Source of the DNA: Gallionella sp.
Lineage (GTDB): Bacteria; Pseudomonadota; Gammaproteobacteria; Burkholderiales; Gallionellaceae
Assembly (NCBI GenBank): GCA_035529795.1
Contig: DATKVZ010000034.1
Location: 92,547 to 156,546 of the forward strand
DNA length: 64,000 bases
Direction: 5' to 3'
Shown here piece after piece: positions 60,499 to 64,000 of the stretch. The notes under the pieces are model-generated. The model did no database searches. It was not told the origin of the DNA and saw only the letters and a list, made by a program, of their open reading frames with translations. Position 1 is the first letter of the stretch. The number at the start of each line of letters is the position of its first letter. The position numbers and the translations under genes were made by a program.

Positions 60499-62748
60499 AT
60501 GAAATTCAGATTTCCCATAGTCATCATCGATGAGGACTTTCGCTCCGAAAATGCCAGTGGATTGGGTATCCGTGCGCTGGCGGACGCAATTGTCAGGGAG
60601 GGCATGGAAGTGCTCGGCGTCACCAGTTACGGCGACCTGACTTCTTTCGCACAGCAGCAGAGCCGCGCCTCGGCATTTTTGTTGTCCATCGACGACGAGG
60701 AATTCGGCTCAGGCAGCAAAGAGGAAACCGAGATTGCGTTGAAATCGCTGCGCGCCTTTGTCGAGGAAATCCGCTTCAAGAACGCCGACATCCCGATCTA
60801 TCTGTACGGCGAGACGCGCACCTCGCGGCATATTCCGAATGATGTTCTGCGCGAGTTGCACGGTTTCATTCATATGCACGAGGACACGCCGGAATTCGTG
60901 GCGCGCCACATCATCCGCGAGGCAAAATCCTATCTTGATTCGCTCGCACCGCCGTTCTTCCGCGCCCTGTTGCATTACGCACAGGATGGTTCGTATTCGT
61001 GGCACTGTCCGGGACACTCGGGCGGCGTGGCATTTTTGAAATCGCCGGTCGGGCAGATGTTTCACCAGTTCTTTGGCGAGAACATGTTGCGCGCCGATGT
61101 GTGCAATGCGGTGGATGAGCTGGGCCAACTGCTCGACCATACCGGGCCGGTGGCGGCATCGGAACGCAATGCCGCGCGCATTTTCAATGCCGACCATTTG
61201 TTTTTCGTCACCAATGGTACGTCCACCTCCAACAAGATCGTATGGCATTCAACAGTCGCGCCCGACGACATTGTGGTGGTGGACCGCAACTGCCACAAAT
61301 CCATCCTGCATGCCATCGTGATGACCGGCGCGGTGCCGGTGTTCCTGATGCCGACACGCAATCATTACGGCATCATCGGGCCCATCCCGAAATCCGAATT
61401 CGAGATGGAAAATATCCAGAAGAAAATCAATGCCAACCCATTCATCAAAGACAAGACCCGAAAGCCGCGCATCCTGACCATTACACAGAGTACCTACGAT
61501 GGCGTGGTGTACAACGTGGAAATGTTGAAAAAAATGCTGGACGGGCGCATCGATACCTTGCATTTCGACGAAGCCTGGTTGCCGCACGCGGCGTTTCATG
61601 ATTTTTACAAGGATATGCATGCCATCGGCAGGGGCAGACCGCGCGCGCAGGAATCAATGATTTTTGCCACGCAATCCACCCACAAACTGCTGGCCGGCCT
61701 GTCACAGGCTTCGCAGATACTGGTGCGCGAGCCGGAACATCGCAAATTGAACAGGCACGTGTTTAACGAGGCCTACCTGATGCATACCTCGACCAGCCCG
61801 CAGTACGCCATCATCGCCTCGTGTGACGTGGCGGCAGCGATGATGGAGCCGCCCGGTGGTACCGCGCTGGTGGAAGAGAGCATTGCCGAAGCGATGGATT
61901 TTCGCCGCGCGATGAGAAAGGTGGAGCAAGAGTTCGGCAAAGACTGGTGGTTCAAGGTGTGGGGGCCGGAAAAGATTGCCGAAGAAGGCGTTGGCTCACG
62001 CGAAGACTGGATGCTGAGGACCGGTGACAAGTGGCATGGTTTCGGCAAGCTCGCACCCGACTTCAATATGCTTGATCCGATCAAGGCGACCGTCATTACG
62101 CCGGGGCTCAACCTCAACGGCAACTTCGACGAGACCGGTATGCCGGCCGCGATGGTTACCAAATATCTCGCCGAGCATGGCGTGATCGTGGAGAAGTGTG
62201 GCCTGTATTCCTTCTTCATCATGTTTACGATCGGCATCACCAAAGGCCGCTGGAACACGCTGCTCACCGCGTTGCAGCAATTCAAGGACGACTACGACAA
62301 GAACCAGCCGATCTGGCGCATTCTGCCGGAATTTTCTGCGGCACATCCGCAATATGAACGTGTTGGTTTACATGACCTGTGCCAGCAGATTCACGACGCC
62401 TACCGGACGCACAATGTGGCGAAGATGACCACCGAGATGTATCTGTCCGACATGCAACCGGCGATGAAGCCATCCGATGCGTTCGCCAGAATGGCGCATG
62501 GCGAGATCGAGCGCGTAGAAATCGACCAGTTGGAAGGCCGCATCACCGCCGTGTTGCTGACCCCCTATCCGCCGGGCATTCCGCTGTTGATCCCGGGCGA
62601 GCGCTTCAACAAGACCATCGTCGACTACCTCAAGTTCGCGCGTGATTTCAACAGGAAATTCCCCGGATTCGAAACCGACATCCACGGCTTGGTTGCGGAA
62701 GAGAACGGTGAGACCCGCTACTATGTGGATTGCGTGAAACAGGATTGA
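60499..62748 (+). CDS. Arginine/lysine/ornithine decarboxylase (fold type I, wing domain)
   Basis: WHCPGHSGG, NGTSTSNK, HFDEAW, TQSTHKLL (PLP), PYPPG. Confidence 0.95.
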   Translation: MKFRFPIVIIDEDFRSENASGLGIRALADAIVREGMEVLGVTSYGDLTSFAQQQSRASAFLLSIDDEEFGSGSKEETEIALKSLRAFVEEIRFKNADIPIYLYGETRTSRHIPNDVLRELHGFIHMHEDTPEFVARHIIREAKSYLDSLAPPFFRALLHYAQDGSYSWHCPGHSGGVAFLKSPVGQMFHQFFGENMLRADVCNAVDELGQLLDHTGPVAASERNAARIFNADHLFFVTNGTSTSNKIVWHSTVAPDDIVVVDRNCHKSILHAIVMTGAVPVFLMPTRNHYGIIGPIPKSEFEMENIQKKINANPFIKDKTRKPRILTITQSTYDGVVYNVEMLKKMLDGRIDTLHFDEAWLPHAAFHDFYKDMHAIGRGRPRAQESMIFATQSTHKLLAGLSQASQILVREPEHRKLNRHVFNEAYLMHTSTSPQYAIIASCDVAAAMMEPPGGTALVEESIAEAMDFRRAMRKVEQEFGKDWWFKVWGPEKIAEEGVGSREDWMLRTGDKWHGFGKLAPDFNMLDPIKATVITPGLNLNGNFDETGMPAAMVTKYLAEHGVIVEKCGLYSFFIMFTIGITKGRWNTLLTALQQFKDDYDKNQPIWRILPEFSAAHPQYERVGLHDLCQQIHDAYRTHNVAKMTTEMYLSDMQPAMKPSDAFARMAHGEIERVEIDQLEGRITAVLLTPYPPGIPLLIPGERFNKTIVDYLKFARDFNRKFPGFETDIHGLVAEENGETRYYVDCVKQD

Positions 62749-62802
62749 TTGCCGCATCTCGTTCGTCCCGAGCTCGTCGAAGCAGCGAATGAATCTAATG
62801 TA

Positions 62803-63189
62803 ATGATCGAAGAAACCGGCAGGCTGCGTATCGATAAATGGTTGTGGGCGGCGCGCTTCTTCAAGACGCGCGCTCTCGCCGCCGATGCGGTGGAAGCTGG
62901 CCGGGTGCAGATCAACGAAGTGCGTGTCAAACCTGCCAAGACCGTGATTGTGGGCGACATGCTGGATATCCGGCTCGCACAATACCGCTTCGAAGTCGAA
63001 GTATTGGCGCTTTCCGCCAAGCGCGGCTCAGCACCGGAGGCGCAGAAGCTCTACCGCGAGAGCGAAGCCAGTCGTACGCAGCGCGAAACACTTGCTGCAC
63101 AACTCAAAGCAATGCCGCTACCGGAATTCAAAGGCAGACCGACCAAGCGCGACCGGCGTGTACTGGAGCGGCTCAAAAACGGCGCATGA
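62803..63189 (+). CDS. hslR: Heat shock protein 15 (S4 RNA-binding)
   Basis: RIDKWLWAARFFKTR, GRPTKRDRR; start uncertain. Confidence 0.93.
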   Translation: MIEETGRLRIDKWLWAARFFKTRALAADAVEAGRVQINEVRVKPAKTVIVGDMLDIRLAQYRFEVEVLALSAKRGSAPEAQKLYRESEASRTQRETLAAQLKAMPLPEFKGRPTKRDRRVLERLKNGA

Positions 63190-63314
63190 TGGGCACCCAA
63201 AAAGACATCCAACTTGCCCGTTAAAGCGATAGGCCGCAATCAGCAATCAATAGACTTGTTTTGGGCACGCATCATTTCGCTCCCTTTATTGTTATGTGAA
63301 ATACGACTGTCAAG

Positions 63315-64000
63315 CTACCTGGTATCTGCTGGATCAGCGGACGCACGAACGCTTGCGGCCGTCTGGCCAAACAGGAATTTCCTGCTTGCTTCAGTCACTG
63401 CGGGTTGTTTCGAATACGGTTGTGCCTGAGCATAGGCTTTAACAGTAGCCGGGCGGTTGCGGATCGCGTCCATCCAACGCTTAACGTTTGGGAAATCATC
63501 CAGATTCTGCTGCTGGGTTTTCCACGGCACCATCCAGGGATAGGTCGCGATATCCGCAATCGTATAGTCATTGCCCGCGATGAAATTCCGGCCAGCGAGC
63601 CGGTGATCGAGCACACCGTACAAGCGGTTGGTTTCCTTCACGTAGCGGTCGATGGCGTAGGGAACCTTCTCGGGAGCGTAGTTGGAGAAGTGATGATTTT
63701 GTCCGGCCATCGGGCCGAGACCGCCTACTTGCCAGAACAACCATTCCAGCACGGTGTTCCGGCCTCGCAAATCCACTGGAATCAACTTTCCCGTTTTTTC
63801 GGCCAGGTATACCAGGATTGCACCCGACTCGAACACCGGCAAGGGATCGCCTCCGTCTAACGGGGAGTGATCGATGATCGCGGGCATCTTGTTATTGGGG
63901 CTGATCTTGAGAAACTCCGGCTTGAGCTGGTCTCCGGCGCCAATGTTTACCGGAATAATTCGGTACCCGAGTCCAGCCTCTTCGAGAAACATGGTGATTT
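63315..64000 (-). CDS. Glutathione S-transferase (YfcG-like), start outside window
   Basis: PNNKMPAI, FESGAIL.YLA, WL.WQ..GLGP. Confidence 0.92.
   Translation of the reverse strand, partial: ITMFLEEAGLGYRIIPVNIGAGDQLKPEFLKISPNNKMPAIIDHSPLDGGDPLPVFESGAILVYLAEKTGKLIPVDLRGRNTVLEWLFWQVGGLGPMAGQNHHFSNYAPEKVPYAIDRYVKETNRLYGVLDHRLAGRNFIAGNDYTIADIATYPWMVPWKTQQQNLDDFPNVKRWMDAIRNRPATVKAYAQAQPYSKQPAVTEASRKFLFGQTAASVRASADPADTR

Noticed and set aside
63256-63291. 11-codon minus-strand ORF with GGGAG SD downstream of GST
   Set aside because: Too short and featureless to distinguish from chance

Overview
A 64-kb chromosomal window from a GC-rich betaproteobacterium. Gene order and content suggest Nitrosomonadales, probably Gallionellaceae (inference). 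The backbone is housekeeping: prmC; a tandem glycine riboswitch with gcvT-H-PA-tpx-PB; tRNA-Phe; prfC; ettA; aroK-aroB-dgt; SRP RNA; pagL-dnaX-ybaB-recR-rluB; algZ/algR-argH; grxD; slt-cca; hisCBHAFIE-hit-tatABC; degQ; nif3; thiS-thiG-trmB; dnaE; sulP; metG; dcd; a basic amino-acid decarboxylase; hslR; GST. There are two accessory hotspots. The first (1-2170) holds toxin-antitoxin genes and a Rap1a-like gene. The second (44790-50230) is anchored on tRNA-Gly: a TA islet between tRNA 3'-end repeats, an integron-type cassette, a tyrosine recombinase + IS91-like transposase element with core-site-like ends, and an Imm5-like gene between direct repeats. A double-Fur-box porin / FMN-binding / PepSY operon is followed by a bacterioferritin relic. 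The most striking unannotated layer is several families of short palindromic or heptameric repeats. They sit between genes and also in frame inside prmC, gcvPA, hisH, metG (twice) and dnaE, and one nested composite element occurs twice. A 17-nt motif marks the borders of both accessory regions. All calls were made by eye and from recalled family motifs; no searches were run.
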